NCBI RefSeq assembly: GCF_000092105.1
Contig: NC_014148.1
Span: 1,890,001-1,922,000, forward strand
Reading direction: 5' to 3'
DNA: 32,000 nt
Origin: Planctopirus limnophila DSM 3776
GTDB taxonomy: Bacteria; Planctomycetota; Planctomycetia; Planctomycetales; Planctomycetaceae
A program made the translations under genes and the position numbers. Of the stretch, positions 8,452 through 17,279 are shown piece after piece. The notes below the pieces were generated by a model. The model ran no database searches, had not been told where the DNA came from, and saw only the letters and a list, made by a program, of their open reading frames with translations. Positions within the stretch are counted from its first letter, which is position 1. Every line of letters begins with the position of its first letter.

Positions 8452-10035
8452 TTATTGAAGCGTGAGTGGATCTCGCGTCCATTCCCCATTCTGCAGTCTC
8501 AAAAGACCGAGTGGATTCTGGTTTTGCAGGGCTGGAGGGAGCCGGTCGTCGCGGACATTGTCAAAACAATGCAGTGCCGCGAAGCGAGTGATTGACGCTG
8601 GCAGTCCGACAGCAGTAAATCCGGGATGCCCCGTCGCTGGAAACGGCCCGCCATGGTTCATCGCCGGAGAGACGGCAACGCCAGTCGGCATTTTATCGTT
8701 GAGCAGTCGTCCCACTTTCTGGCGGAGAATGCCGGCCAATTGAGTGTACGCCGCTTCGTCTTCTGTTGAGGACGTGGCCGAATAAATGGCCCCTGTCAGG
8801 TTACCTTCCAGAGCTTTCAGGCAGGCGGAAATCTCGGAGAGGTTTTCACACATCACAAAGAGAGCACCGTTGCCAAAGATCTCCGTCTGAAAGCCGGCAG
8901 CATTGGCCACGAATTGTTGTCCTGATACTTGCAGCAGCGTGTTCTCGCAAGTACAGGGGTTTGGCCCCGCACTACCACCGCAAAGAAGTTTGGCACCCAG
9001 GCTGGATAACGTTTCGACTCCTGAAAGGAAACTCCGTTGCACCCCCGGCCCAAGCATCGGTTGCGGAGTATTTGCCGTGAAAGATTTCACAACATTGGCG
9101 ACAAACTGATCGGCGGTTGAATCAGAGATCAGGAATACGACACCGGGGTTGGTGCAGAACTGGCCCGAACCCATCAGGCAACTGGCAGCATATTCTGTGG
9201 CTAAAGCCTCGCCGCGTTCTGCCAAGGCACCGGGCAGGAAGACAACAGGGTTCACACTCGATAACTCGAGATAGATTGGCTTACCGACAGCATCAGCGGA
9301 AGATTTCAAATACAGCCCCGCATGCCGGCCACCGGTATAGCCAATAGCTCCCAAAAGTGGATGCGAAACCAGTTGTGCGCCATCCTCGTGGCTGGTTCGG
9401 TAAATCAATTGAACAAAGCCACTGGGCATGTGTGTTTCTTCAGCGGCAGCCTGGGCTTCTTCTGCGAAAAGCTGCGTCGTCCGAGGGTGAGACGAATGTC
9501 CTTTGGCAATTACAGGGTTCCCTGCGGCAACGGCTGCAGCAAAATCACCGCCTGCGATACTGTTGAAGGCAAAGGGGAAATTGTTGGGCCCAAAGACGGC
9601 CACCGGTCCAATCGGTGCCAGCGTCGAACGGATGTTGAGTTTGCCATCGATTGTGGGACGCATCCATGAACCTTCACGAGCCCAGTGAGCAGCCAGCTTG
9701 AGCTGGCTGACCGTGCGCGGAAGTTCGGCATCCGCGAGACGTGGTTTGACCGGCAGGGCAGTTTCGGCATGGGCAGCTGCGATCAGATCTTCCGCTCTGG
9801 CTTCAATTCGCTCGGCATAGCGCTCCAGGAATGCGGCAAAACGCTCACCGGGCCATGCTCGACACTCTTGAAAAGCGCGATCCGCAGAATGCAGGGCTTT
9901 ATCAACTTCAAACCACGGACTGACTGGGAATTTCTCTTCCAAAGTTTCCCCAGTGCGAGGATTCATCGCATGGAATGTGGCGGCTCCTTCACTGGAAATC
10001 CAATGTCCGTCAATCAGCACTTTGGCAGTTGGCAT
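8452..10035 (-). CDS. NAD(P)+-dependent aldehyde dehydrogenase (alpha-ketoglutarate-semialdehyde / 2,5-dioxovalerate dehydrogenase-like)
   Basis: 527 aa with the ALDH superfamily motifs KGHSSHP, YLELSSVNPV (general-base Glu region) and GQFCTNPG (catalytic Cys). The length and FCTNPG variant fit the KGSADH/NADP-ALDH subgroup. Confidence 0.85.
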   Translation of the reverse strand: MPTAKVLIDGHWISSEGAATFHAMNPRTGETLEEKFPVSPWFEVDKALHSADRAFQECRAWPGERFAAFLERYAERIEARAEDLIAAAHAETALPVKPRLADAELPRTVSQLKLAAHWAREGSWMRPTIDGKLNIRSTLAPIGPVAVFGPNNFPFAFNSIAGGDFAAAVAAGNPVIAKGHSSHPRTTQLFAEEAQAAAEETHMPSGFVQLIYRTSHEDGAQLVSHPLLGAIGYTGGRHAGLYLKSSADAVGKPIYLELSSVNPVVFLPGALAERGEALATEYAASCLMGSGQFCTNPGVVFLISDSTADQFVANVVKSFTANTPQPMLGPGVQRSFLSGVETLSSLGAKLLCGGSAGPNPCTCENTLLQVSGQQFVANAAGFQTEIFGNGALFVMCENLSEISACLKALEGNLTGAIYSATSSTEDEAAYTQLAGILRQKVGRLLNDKMPTGVAVSPAMNHGGPFPATGHPGFTAVGLPASITRFAALHCFDNVRDDRLPPALQNQNPLGLLRLQNGEWTRDPLTLQ

Positions 10036-10240
10036 TCATATCCCTTTGAAGGTCATGAGCGAATTCGGCAAATCGTTTTGCAGCTGTCGAAAATAGATTA
10101 ACGGATTGCAGGCGCTTTGGGGTTCTTTACGGGCTGTTTTCTTGGACATTGGCCCCGCAAACTTGCATCTGTCAAATCGATAGTTGTGGATGCGATGTGG
10201 ATTGTTTGCTTTTCAAAATGTTTACAAGGGCCGCAAGTTG

Positions 10241-11017
10241 TTATTTCAGGAAAAAATAAATCGAGACGATGAAGCCTGTGAAGATCACGAACCAGCGAAT
10301 CAGTGAGCGAGGGAGTTTGCGTCCATAAGCTGCACCGAGCCAGCCGCCAATTGCCGCAGCCAGAATCATCGGCCAGGCCCAACCCCAGTCGATCTTGCCG
10401 CTCAATATGAAGATGATGACTGAGATGCCGTTGATGACAGAAGCGAGAATCGTTTTCAGAGCATTCATCTGGTGAATGTCCGGTATCCCCAGAAGTGAGA
10501 GCGAGCTCAGCATGAGAATGCCAATTCCTGCACCGAAGTAACCGCCATAAGTGGCCACAAGGAATTGAAAGACAAGCACGCCGCACAGCGTCCAGCCATG
10601 TGGCCTGGCGTGCGGCAGCCCGATTCCCATGACACGTGAGAGTGTCGGCTGCAGCAGAAACAGAAGCGTGGCCAAAAGAATGAGCCATGGAACAACGGTT
10701 TTGAAGAAAAGTTCAGGAAGCAGAATGAGCAGGAGTGATCCCGCTGCACCGCCGAGAATGCTGGGACCGAGGAGCAGCGCTCGCCATTCCCGGATCTCAG
10801 CCATTTCCCTGCGGTAGCCATAAGCACTTGCTATCGATCCGGGGAAGAGAGCCACCGTACTGGTCACGTTCGCGATCTTTCCTGCCTCAGCAGCCGTGCC
10901 CAGCACATTGGTCAACGTGGGGAAAGTGATCAACGTTCCGCCACCGGCAACGGCATTTACGACTCCCGCAGCGAGTGCTGCAGCGCTGAGTGAGATGAAA
11001 TTCCACAGTTCTTCCAA
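10241..11017 (-). CDS. TauE/SafE family anion exporter (DUF81)
   Basis: 258 aa and hydrophobic throughout (about 8 helices). It has the N-terminal signature AAGVVNAVAGGGTLITFPTL and a second-half repeat GAGIGILMLSSLSLLG. Confidence 0.85.
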   Translation of the reverse strand: MEELWNFISLSAAALAAGVVNAVAGGGTLITFPTLTNVLGTAAEAGKIANVTSTVALFPGSIASAYGYRREMAEIREWRALLLGPSILGGAAGSLLLILLPELFFKTVVPWLILLATLLFLLQPTLSRVMGIGLPHARPHGWTLCGVLVFQFLVATYGGYFGAGIGILMLSSLSLLGIPDIHQMNALKTILASVINGISVIIFILSGKIDWGWAWPMILAAAIGGWLGAAYGRKLPRSLIRWFVIFTGFIVSIYFFLK

Positions 11018-11213
11018 GCAGGTGCCTCTTTACGAAAATTGCATGCATCGAGCAGGGACTGAATCGCAGCAGATCACTTTGGTGATGAATTCAAATCCCC
11101 GCAACCGAGGCATTCGTCGGTCGATCGAGAATGTAATCCAGATCTTACGAGTATTTCCCGGAACTTTCAGTGGCGGGTTCATGCCAAGGCATTACAGGCA
11201 CAAATGATGTTTA

Positions 11214-11252
11214 TGCAAAATTGTTGCAAAACTGTTTTGGTTGCGATATGTT
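11214..11252 (+). promoter_or_regulatory. Candidate promoter plus operator upstream of the CobW-family gene
   Basis: Tandem 11-mers TGCAAAATTGT (11214-11224) and TGCAAAACTGT (11225-11235). A perfect palindrome CAAAAC-T-GTTTTG lies at 11227-11239. A possible -35 TTGCAA (11224-11229) and -10 TATGTT (11247-11252) are spaced 17 bp apart. Confidence 0.3.
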
Positions 11253-11292
11253 ACCATGAGCGAGGTTGGTGGTGTGCAATAAAGGGTTGGTC

Positions 11293-12519
11293 ATGACTTC
11301 AAAGCTGCCTGTTACGGTGCTTTCCGGATTTCTGGGTGCGGGGAAAACAACACTTCTGAATCATGTACTGAGGAATCGAGAAGGGATGAAAGTCGCCGTC
11401 ATCGTCAATGACATGGCGGAGATAAATGTCGATGGACAACTGATCAAAACCGGTGGGGCCGAGCTTTCGAAAGTTGAAGAGAAGCTGGTCGAATTCTCGA
11501 ATGGATGTATTTGTTGCACATTGCGAGAAGATCTGTTGGCTGAAGTCAGCCGCCTGGCTCGTGAAGGGCGTTTTGATTATCTGCTCGTCGAATCCACGGG
11601 AATTTCTGAGCCGTTGCCTGTGGCTGAGACCTTTACGTTTGTCGATGAGCAGGGGGCTTCGCTCAGTGAAGTCGCCACGCTGGATACGCTGGTGACAGTG
11701 GTCGATGCCGTCAATTTTCCCAAAGAAATAGAATCCATCGAGACTCTCGCTGAACGCCGCATGGGGCTTGGTGATGACGATGATCGTGACGTCGCCCAAT
11801 TGCTGATGGATCAGATCGAGTTCGCAAACGTGCTGATCATCAGCAAGTGCGATCTGGTAACAGCCGCGCAGTTGGAAGGGCTGGAATCGCTCCTGCACCA
11901 GCTCAATCCTGATGCGCGAATTGTGCGTGCCACACGTGGGCAGCTCCCTTTGAATGAGATCCTGAACACGCAGAGATTTTCGATGGATTGGGCCGGGCAA
12001 TCGCAGGATTGGCTGGTTGTTCCTCGGGGTGCTGAAGTTTCGGAAAGTGAAACCTATGGCTTTGACAGCGTGATTTATCGTGCCCGGCGACCCTTTCACC
12101 CGGCTCGACTCTTCGAAGCCATACAAAGCCCGCTGTTTGACAGTATTGTGCGTTCGAAGGGAATTGTCTGGCTGGCCACAAGGCATGATTATGCCGGGCA
12201 ATGGTCGCAAGCGGGAGGAGTGTTTGCTCTCGATCCTGCCGGAACATGGTTTGCCGCGATCGGTGGTCTCGATGATGTGGAAGATCCTGAAGAGCGAGCC
12301 GTCCTAGAGTGCCAATGGCAGGAACCTTTTGGCGATCGCCGACAGGAGCTGGTCCTGATTGGTCAGGGGCTGTCTGAGGAGGCTGTCTCGGAACTCCTTG
12401 ATGATTGCTTACTCACAGATGAAGAAATCGAAGCAGGAAGTTCTGTCTGGTCGGCCTGGGAAGATCCTTTCACCCCATGGAATTTTGTGGACCAGGATGT
12501 GACAGGCTCGGACAAGTAA
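11293..12519 (+). CDS. COG0523 / CobW-family GTPase metallochaperone (zinc-chaperone-like)
   Basis: Motifs are the P-loop [15 protein letters not shown], the metal-binding motif GCICCTL (CxCC), [16 protein letters not shown] and a C-terminal CobW_C-like domain ([20 protein letters not shown] ... ELVLIGQG). The ORF is open from GTG 11266; ATG 11293 ([12 protein letters not shown]) fits family N-termini better. Confidence 0.88.
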   Translation: MTSKLPVTVLSGFLGAGKTTLLNHVLRNREGMKVAVIVNDMAEINVDGQLIKTGGAELSKVEEKLVEFSNGCICCTLREDLLAEVSRLAREGRFDYLLVESTGISEPLPVAETFTFVDEQGASLSEVATLDTLVTVVDAVNFPKEIESIETLAERRMGLGDDDDRDVAQLLMDQIEFANVLIISKCDLVTAAQLEGLESLLHQLNPDARIVRATRGQLPLNEILNTQRFSMDWAGQSQDWLVVPRGAEVSESETYGFDSVIYRARRPFHPARLFEAIQSPLFDSIVRSKGIVWLATRHDYAGQWSQAGGVFALDPAGTWFAAIGGLDDVEDPEERAVLECQWQEPFGDRRQELVLIGQGLSEEAVSELLDDCLLTDEEIEAGSSVWSAWEDPFTPWNFVDQDVTGSDK

Positions 12520-12660
12520 CAGACACTGGGGCGTGGCAGGCTCGATGACTTCTCGATTCAGGCCATTCTGAAAAGCATGCCTCTGCTTTAGTGCGATGAG
12601 ACTTGTTTTCTTTGGTGGGATCGTGCCGTTCCAGCAGGTCGTTTCCCTCGGTATGAGGTC

Positions 12661-13413
12661 GTGGTGCGCAAACTCATCGATAAGTCAAAATATCTGGGAG
12701 TTTCCAAAGAACCGCAACTTGCAGAGGTTGGGAGTATTTTTCGGCGGTTATGGTTGAGCTCGTCGGAAAGACAAACTCTTGATCGTGAACCGGGCTTGTC
12801 GCAAGGGGCGACATTCGATGAATCCAGAGCGATCGACCGTCAGCTTCGCGACTCACAGAAATTCATGATGAGTAAGTGCGGAGAAGAATTCGTCTCGGAG
12901 GTCTCGGAGCTTCTCGACTATTATTTGTGGTGCCTGGGTCAGGATATTCGCACAGAAGGGAATCTGTTACTGCGGGCCGGTGGACGAAAAGTTCCTTGCC
13001 CCAGGCCTCATCCCTGCAGCAGCCGCTATGAGTGGAACTTAGGTGAGAATCTGCTCGTACTGTGGGGCTTTGGAGTCTGCTTTGGAAATCCACATGATGG
13101 TCGGGTGATGCTGCGCCGATCAGGATTGGCACCACTCTTTCTGGTGGATGCTCGACGGATCGATTTTGGCTGGTCCACGGAAGAAATGCCCCCGCAAAGA
13201 ACGGCCACAGAGGGTGAATGGCCGGCACTCAAAATGTTGTTAGGACGTCTCTTTGTTGCGCTCGCCGAACTCGAAAAATCGATCCTCTCCCAGGCTCTGC
13301 CAACCCATCGCGAGACCTGTTTTTCGAAATGGGACAAACGCAAGTTCTCAAACCCTCTGCAGCCCGGCCCCCAATGGTTGCGGCATGACATAACTCTTCA
13401 ATCAATTGAGTAG
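12661..13413 (+). CDS. hypothetical protein (no recognisable family)
   Basis: 250-codon ORF from GTG 12661; the first in-frame ATG is at 12865 (MMSKCGEEF). Composition is protein-like (LWGFGVCFGNPHDGRVMLRRSGLAPLFLVDARRIDFGW). I recognise no motif. Confidence 0.5.
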   Translation: MVRKLIDKSKYLGVSKEPQLAEVGSIFRRLWLSSSERQTLDREPGLSQGATFDESRAIDRQLRDSQKFMMSKCGEEFVSEVSELLDYYLWCLGQDIRTEGNLLLRAGGRKVPCPRPHPCSSRYEWNLGENLLVLWGFGVCFGNPHDGRVMLRRSGLAPLFLVDARRIDFGWSTEEMPPQRTATEGEWPALKMLLGRLFVALAELEKSILSQALPTHRETCFSKWDKRKFSNPLQPGPQWLRHDITLQSIE

Positions 13414-13666
13414 TATTCTTGTGGTCACATGGATGACGTTGATTCAAGGACTTCAGGGGACGTGTTATCCCGAATACTTGAGTTATACCGATTATGCATG
13501 ATTACGTTGGCATGTGTTGGTGGTTTGGGGTCTGTAAGAAAACTGCGAAGATGGTGCAGACCCTAATTGACGTAGCGTGTTTGACGACTTCATACTGCGA
13601 GATCGTCAGGAGGGCGATGCACCTGCATGGAGGCTTCATCGAAAAGCCAACAGATCGTGATCGCAG

Positions 13667-15268
13667 ATGCTGCTTCCGCTCATTGTGACTTTGTTGTTCG
13701 TCACTCTGGTCAACACTGTATTTCAGTTGACCCAGTTTGATCTCGCTTATCGCTATTGGCGCAGTGTTTGGAAGAAACAGAAGCCAACATCCAGGCCGAT
13801 TGATCGCGAGCATTTGCCAGCCGTCACGATTCAGTTACCGATGTTCAATGAATCGATCATTGCACCCAGGATTCTCGAAGCCGTTTCGCGAATCGATTAT
13901 CCCCGGGATCGACTTCAGGTTCAGATTCTTGATGACTCGACAGATCATTCTCCGGAGATCATTGCGGGGATCCTGGAGGAATTGCGCCAATCTCAGCCGG
14001 AACTCAATATTGAGTATCTGCACCGCACCGATCGGCAGGGCTTCAAGGCGGGTGCTCTGCAAGCCGCCATGCCACTTGTGACAGGCGAGTTTATTGCGAT
14101 CTTTGATGCTGACTTCATCCCTCAGCCCGATTTTCTAACCCATCTGTTGCCTTACTTTGATTCCCCCGAAGTGGCGGTCGTGCAGAGCCGATGGGGCCAT
14201 TTGAACGCCCATGATTCTGTGCTGACGCAGGCTCAACAGTTCTTTCTGGATGGTCATCACTCCGTCGAACAAAATGGCCGTAACCGGGCTGGGTATTTTA
14301 TTACCTTTAACGGAACAGCCGGGATCTGGCAACGCTCTGCTATGGAGGCCGCTGGTGGCTGGAGTGCCGATACGCTCGTGGAAGATCTGGATCTCAGCTA
14401 CCGCACGCAAAGTCTCGGGTACCGGATTGTCTATGTCGAAGATTATGTCACTCCCGGAGAGCTCCCCAATTCCGTTTCAGGATTGCGGGTGCAGTTGTTC
14501 CGCTGGTTCAAGGGGAATGCCCAGGTCGGCTTGAAGATTCTGGGAAAAGTCTGGAAGCAACCTCTGCCACTCTCTGTCAAGATTCATGCGACAGCACAGC
14601 TCTTCGCACCATTTACGATGCTTTCAAGCTTGGTCATGCTGCTGATTACCGGTGCCTTGCCATTAATCCTTCATGCAGCACCCGAACATGCTGGTCTGGT
14701 CAAGCTCTGTTATATGGGTTTCGTCTGGGTTCCGGCCGTTCTGCTGGTTTATGGAACCCCCCGCATTCGCTTTGATGAAGGCCCATGGTATATAAGGCTC
14801 GCAAAGCTGGTACCACGTACTTTTGTCTTTATGGCGATGATGACAGGGCTTTCCTGCCAAAGCAGTATCGCTGTCCTGGAAGCTGTCTTTAAGCGTGCCA
14901 ACCAATGGGTGGTGACTCCCAAGGGATTCAGCCAGCAGAGCAGTAAAAAGAAAGTACGTCGCAAACTGGCCTGGTATGTATGGCCGGATGCGTTTGTCAT
15001 TATTTACCTGATGGCATCAATTGTCATTGCCTGGAAATTCGAATTCTATGCACTGTTAGTGATCGAGGCGACATGGCTGGTGGGGTATCTATGGCTGTTT
15101 GGAGGAGCTGTCTGGGAGGCTTACGGAACGCCTGCGGCACCCTCCGTTGTCAAAATCAATCAACCCGAGAATGCCACAGTTGAAGGCAGGACGCTCCTCG
15201 AGTATGGAGTCGGTTCGGAAGGTGATAATGAATCAGTGACGACTGCACCAGCAGGAGCCACATTATGA
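13667..15268 (+). CDS. Processive family-2 glycosyltransferase, cellulose-synthase-like (CslA / CESA_CaSu_A2-type)
   Basis: 533 aa. An N-terminal TM helix is followed by a GT-A core with VTIQLPMFNE, ILDDSTD, DADFIP, VQSRWGHLN, FNGTAGIWQR, VEDLDLSYR and QLFRW (QxxRW), then about 5 C-terminal TM helices. Confidence 0.88.
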   Translation: MLLPLIVTLLFVTLVNTVFQLTQFDLAYRYWRSVWKKQKPTSRPIDREHLPAVTIQLPMFNESIIAPRILEAVSRIDYPRDRLQVQILDDSTDHSPEIIAGILEELRQSQPELNIEYLHRTDRQGFKAGALQAAMPLVTGEFIAIFDADFIPQPDFLTHLLPYFDSPEVAVVQSRWGHLNAHDSVLTQAQQFFLDGHHSVEQNGRNRAGYFITFNGTAGIWQRSAMEAAGGWSADTLVEDLDLSYRTQSLGYRIVYVEDYVTPGELPNSVSGLRVQLFRWFKGNAQVGLKILGKVWKQPLPLSVKIHATAQLFAPFTMLSSLVMLLITGALPLILHAAPEHAGLVKLCYMGFVWVPAVLLVYGTPRIRFDEGPWYIRLAKLVPRTFVFMAMMTGLSCQSSIAVLEAVFKRANQWVVTPKGFSQQSSKKKVRRKLAWYVWPDAFVIIYLMASIVIAWKFEFYALLVIEATWLVGYLWLFGGAVWEAYGTPAAPSVVKINQPENATVEGRTLLEYGVGSEGDNESVTTAPAGATL

Positions 15269-17181
15269 TGCACGCGTCGGGATCGTTGGCGACAGCCTTA
15301 TCGATCGACAGCTCAAATGAATTATTGAGCAAGCAGGGAGACCTGAGTTCAACCAATCGGGAAGTGAGCTCCAAAAGCGCAGGCGAAGTTTACTCTCAGG
15401 ATCATGGCGAACAGACAAGAATTGACTGGTCAAAATTCTGTTACCTGATGCTCCCATTCTGGCTTTTGCAACTGGTTCTGGTGTGTTTATCGAATGGCGC
15501 GTACCATGATGACGATGTGAGTCATTACATCATCTCCCGCAGAGCCTGGTCTCAACCCGTGCTGTTTCTCAATGTCTGGGGACGACCTGGGTTTACAATC
15601 CCGTATGCACTCACTGCAATCATCGGTTCGCCGCTGACAGGTTGGCTGGCTTGCCGTCTTCTGAGTGTGGCGATCTGTACGCTCACAGCGATTCTGACAA
15701 CGAAAGTGGCGGCACGTTTGAACTTCAGATACCCGGAATGGTGCGGGCCACTGTTCATGCTGATTCCTCTAAACTTTCAGCTCTCGATTACTACATTAAC
15801 TGAGACCATCTGCGGGCTCTATTTCATCTTGGCGACATGGCTTTTCATCGAAAAGCGATGGTACCTCGCTGCGATTGTTCTGGGACTGACCATGCTGTCC
15901 CGTCACGAAGCAATTGTGACCGTAGCAGCCGGGTCGCTTATTCTCATCAGCTTAAGGCAGTTTGGCCCGGCGCTCATGGTCTGGCTCCCAGAACTGGTGT
16001 GGAATGCAGCCTGTTATCGCTTTCAGTCATACGATATGCCCATCAACAGATATTTGTCGGGAAATGCGAACCATAGCTACGGAAGTGGTGGGCTGGTGCA
16101 TGGCTTCTGGATGTGGGCTGAAGCTGCTGGTACTCCAGCAATCGTACTCATTGTCGTCGGTGGAGTCCTGTTACTCATCAGATCCATGTCCGAAACTTCA
16201 TTTCAATCCGCTTGGATTCAGTCATCGGATGCCCCGAAAAGTCGTTCATTGATAAAAATATTCTGGCGGGCAATCTCTGAGAAAAACACCATCTTTCTAG
16301 GTTTATGGCTGGTTGTCGTCGGTGCGTGGGGAACTGTGCTCCTCAATACGGCATTGTATTCACTCAACTTTTTCGCCAGCGGTGGCTACGGTCGTTTTCT
16401 TGTGCCAGCCGCACCATGGATGGTGCTATGTATTCATGCCGCTCTTGCAGAGCTGGCCGAGTCGATGAAATCAGAAACTGTAGTAGCAACTTCTCACTCA
16501 GGTGGTCTTGTAAGGAATGTTAATCATACCTTGAGGCTGGTGGTCTCTCCGTTGGGACTGGCTGTCCTGATGTGGCTGGCAGTGATCTCCTCAATCATCT
16601 TGATGTCATTGCAGACGGATCGCTGGTTCTTGAACTACTTGGTGTCCTATATTCTTTCGCCCGCTGTCACAATTGTGGCTGCTTGTCTATTTGTAATGAT
16701 GTTCTGTGTGAGAAATAAGAACTCTCAGTTTTCTGGACTGCTCGCTAAGTCGGCATGTCTTGTTGGCAGTCTCGCCTGGGCCATGGCCTTTGTGGGAGCA
16801 TCACAACCACTCAGACTGACTCCGACTCAAGCCCTCTACGCAGATGCAGTGCATTGGATTGAGCAGAGAGAGTCGGACGATAACGTCTATGTCACCGCGA
16901 ACTCCCCTTTAGGTGAGGTCTTTGCTGCAGAGGCCGGGTTTCATGATATTTCTATTTATACACTTCCGTGGCTCAAGCAGCCATTTTATCTGTTGGTCGA
17001 TACGCAGTGCATGATGGAAAGAGAACGTAAAGATCTCTTAGAGAGATATAAAGCTCACAAAGTTCATGAAGTGGTAACGACAGAGCGAATCTCTCAGACG
17101 ACCGGTGAATCGTCTCATGCTGTAGAGATCTATTATGCCGGGATCCAGGAATCACAGCTTGCAAGTTATGCCGCACCGTAA
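15265..17181 (+). CDS. Polytopic membrane protein, candidate GT-C-fold (PMT/ArnT-like) glycosyltransferase
   Basis: 638 aa. Its ATG overlaps the upstream stop (ATGA at 15265-15268). By eye it has about a dozen hydrophobic helices. An acidic motif YHDDDVSHYIISRRAW directly follows TM1, as in the first periplasmic loop of GT-C enzymes. A C-terminal soluble domain of about 110 aa follows. The family call is by architecture, not alignment. Confidence 0.6.
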   Translation: MMHASGSLATALSIDSSNELLSKQGDLSSTNREVSSKSAGEVYSQDHGEQTRIDWSKFCYLMLPFWLLQLVLVCLSNGAYHDDDVSHYIISRRAWSQPVLFLNVWGRPGFTIPYALTAIIGSPLTGWLACRLLSVAICTLTAILTTKVAARLNFRYPEWCGPLFMLIPLNFQLSITTLTETICGLYFILATWLFIEKRWYLAAIVLGLTMLSRHEAIVTVAAGSLILISLRQFGPALMVWLPELVWNAACYRFQSYDMPINRYLSGNANHSYGSGGLVHGFWMWAEAAGTPAIVLIVVGGVLLLIRSMSETSFQSAWIQSSDAPKSRSLIKIFWRAISEKNTIFLGLWLVVVGAWGTVLLNTALYSLNFFASGGYGRFLVPAAPWMVLCIHAALAELAESMKSETVVATSHSGGLVRNVNHTLRLVVSPLGLAVLMWLAVISSIILMSLQTDRWFLNYLVSYILSPAVTIVAACLFVMMFCVRNKNSQFSGLLAKSACLVGSLAWAMAFVGASQPLRLTPTQALYADAVHWIEQRESDDNVYVTANSPLGEVFAAEAGFHDISIYTLPWLKQPFYLLVDTQCMMERERKDLLERYKAHKVHEVVTTERISQTTGESSHAVEIYYAGIQESQLASYAAP

Positions 17182-17279
17182 GAGAACGATACAAACTCTT
17201 TGGATATCTGCTGAGTCGTTGTTCCTGACGTTTAAATTCAGTTTGTATGAATCTTGCGAAAAGTACTCGGAGCGAATGA

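Noticed and set aside
10098-10688. 196-aa minus-strand ORF overlapping the TauE/SafE gene out of frame and extending into the spacer
   Set aside because: Its composition is Cys/His/Arg-rich. The alternative frame encodes a full-length membrane protein with family signatures.
11299-12210. 303-aa ORF antisense to the CobW-family gene, the longest shadow ORF in the window
   Set aside because: The sense frame carries unmistakable P-loop, CxCC and CobW_C motifs along its whole length. The antisense product is Arg/Ser/Gln/Ile-rich with no motif, and is explained by stop-codon avoidance opposite a coding frame.
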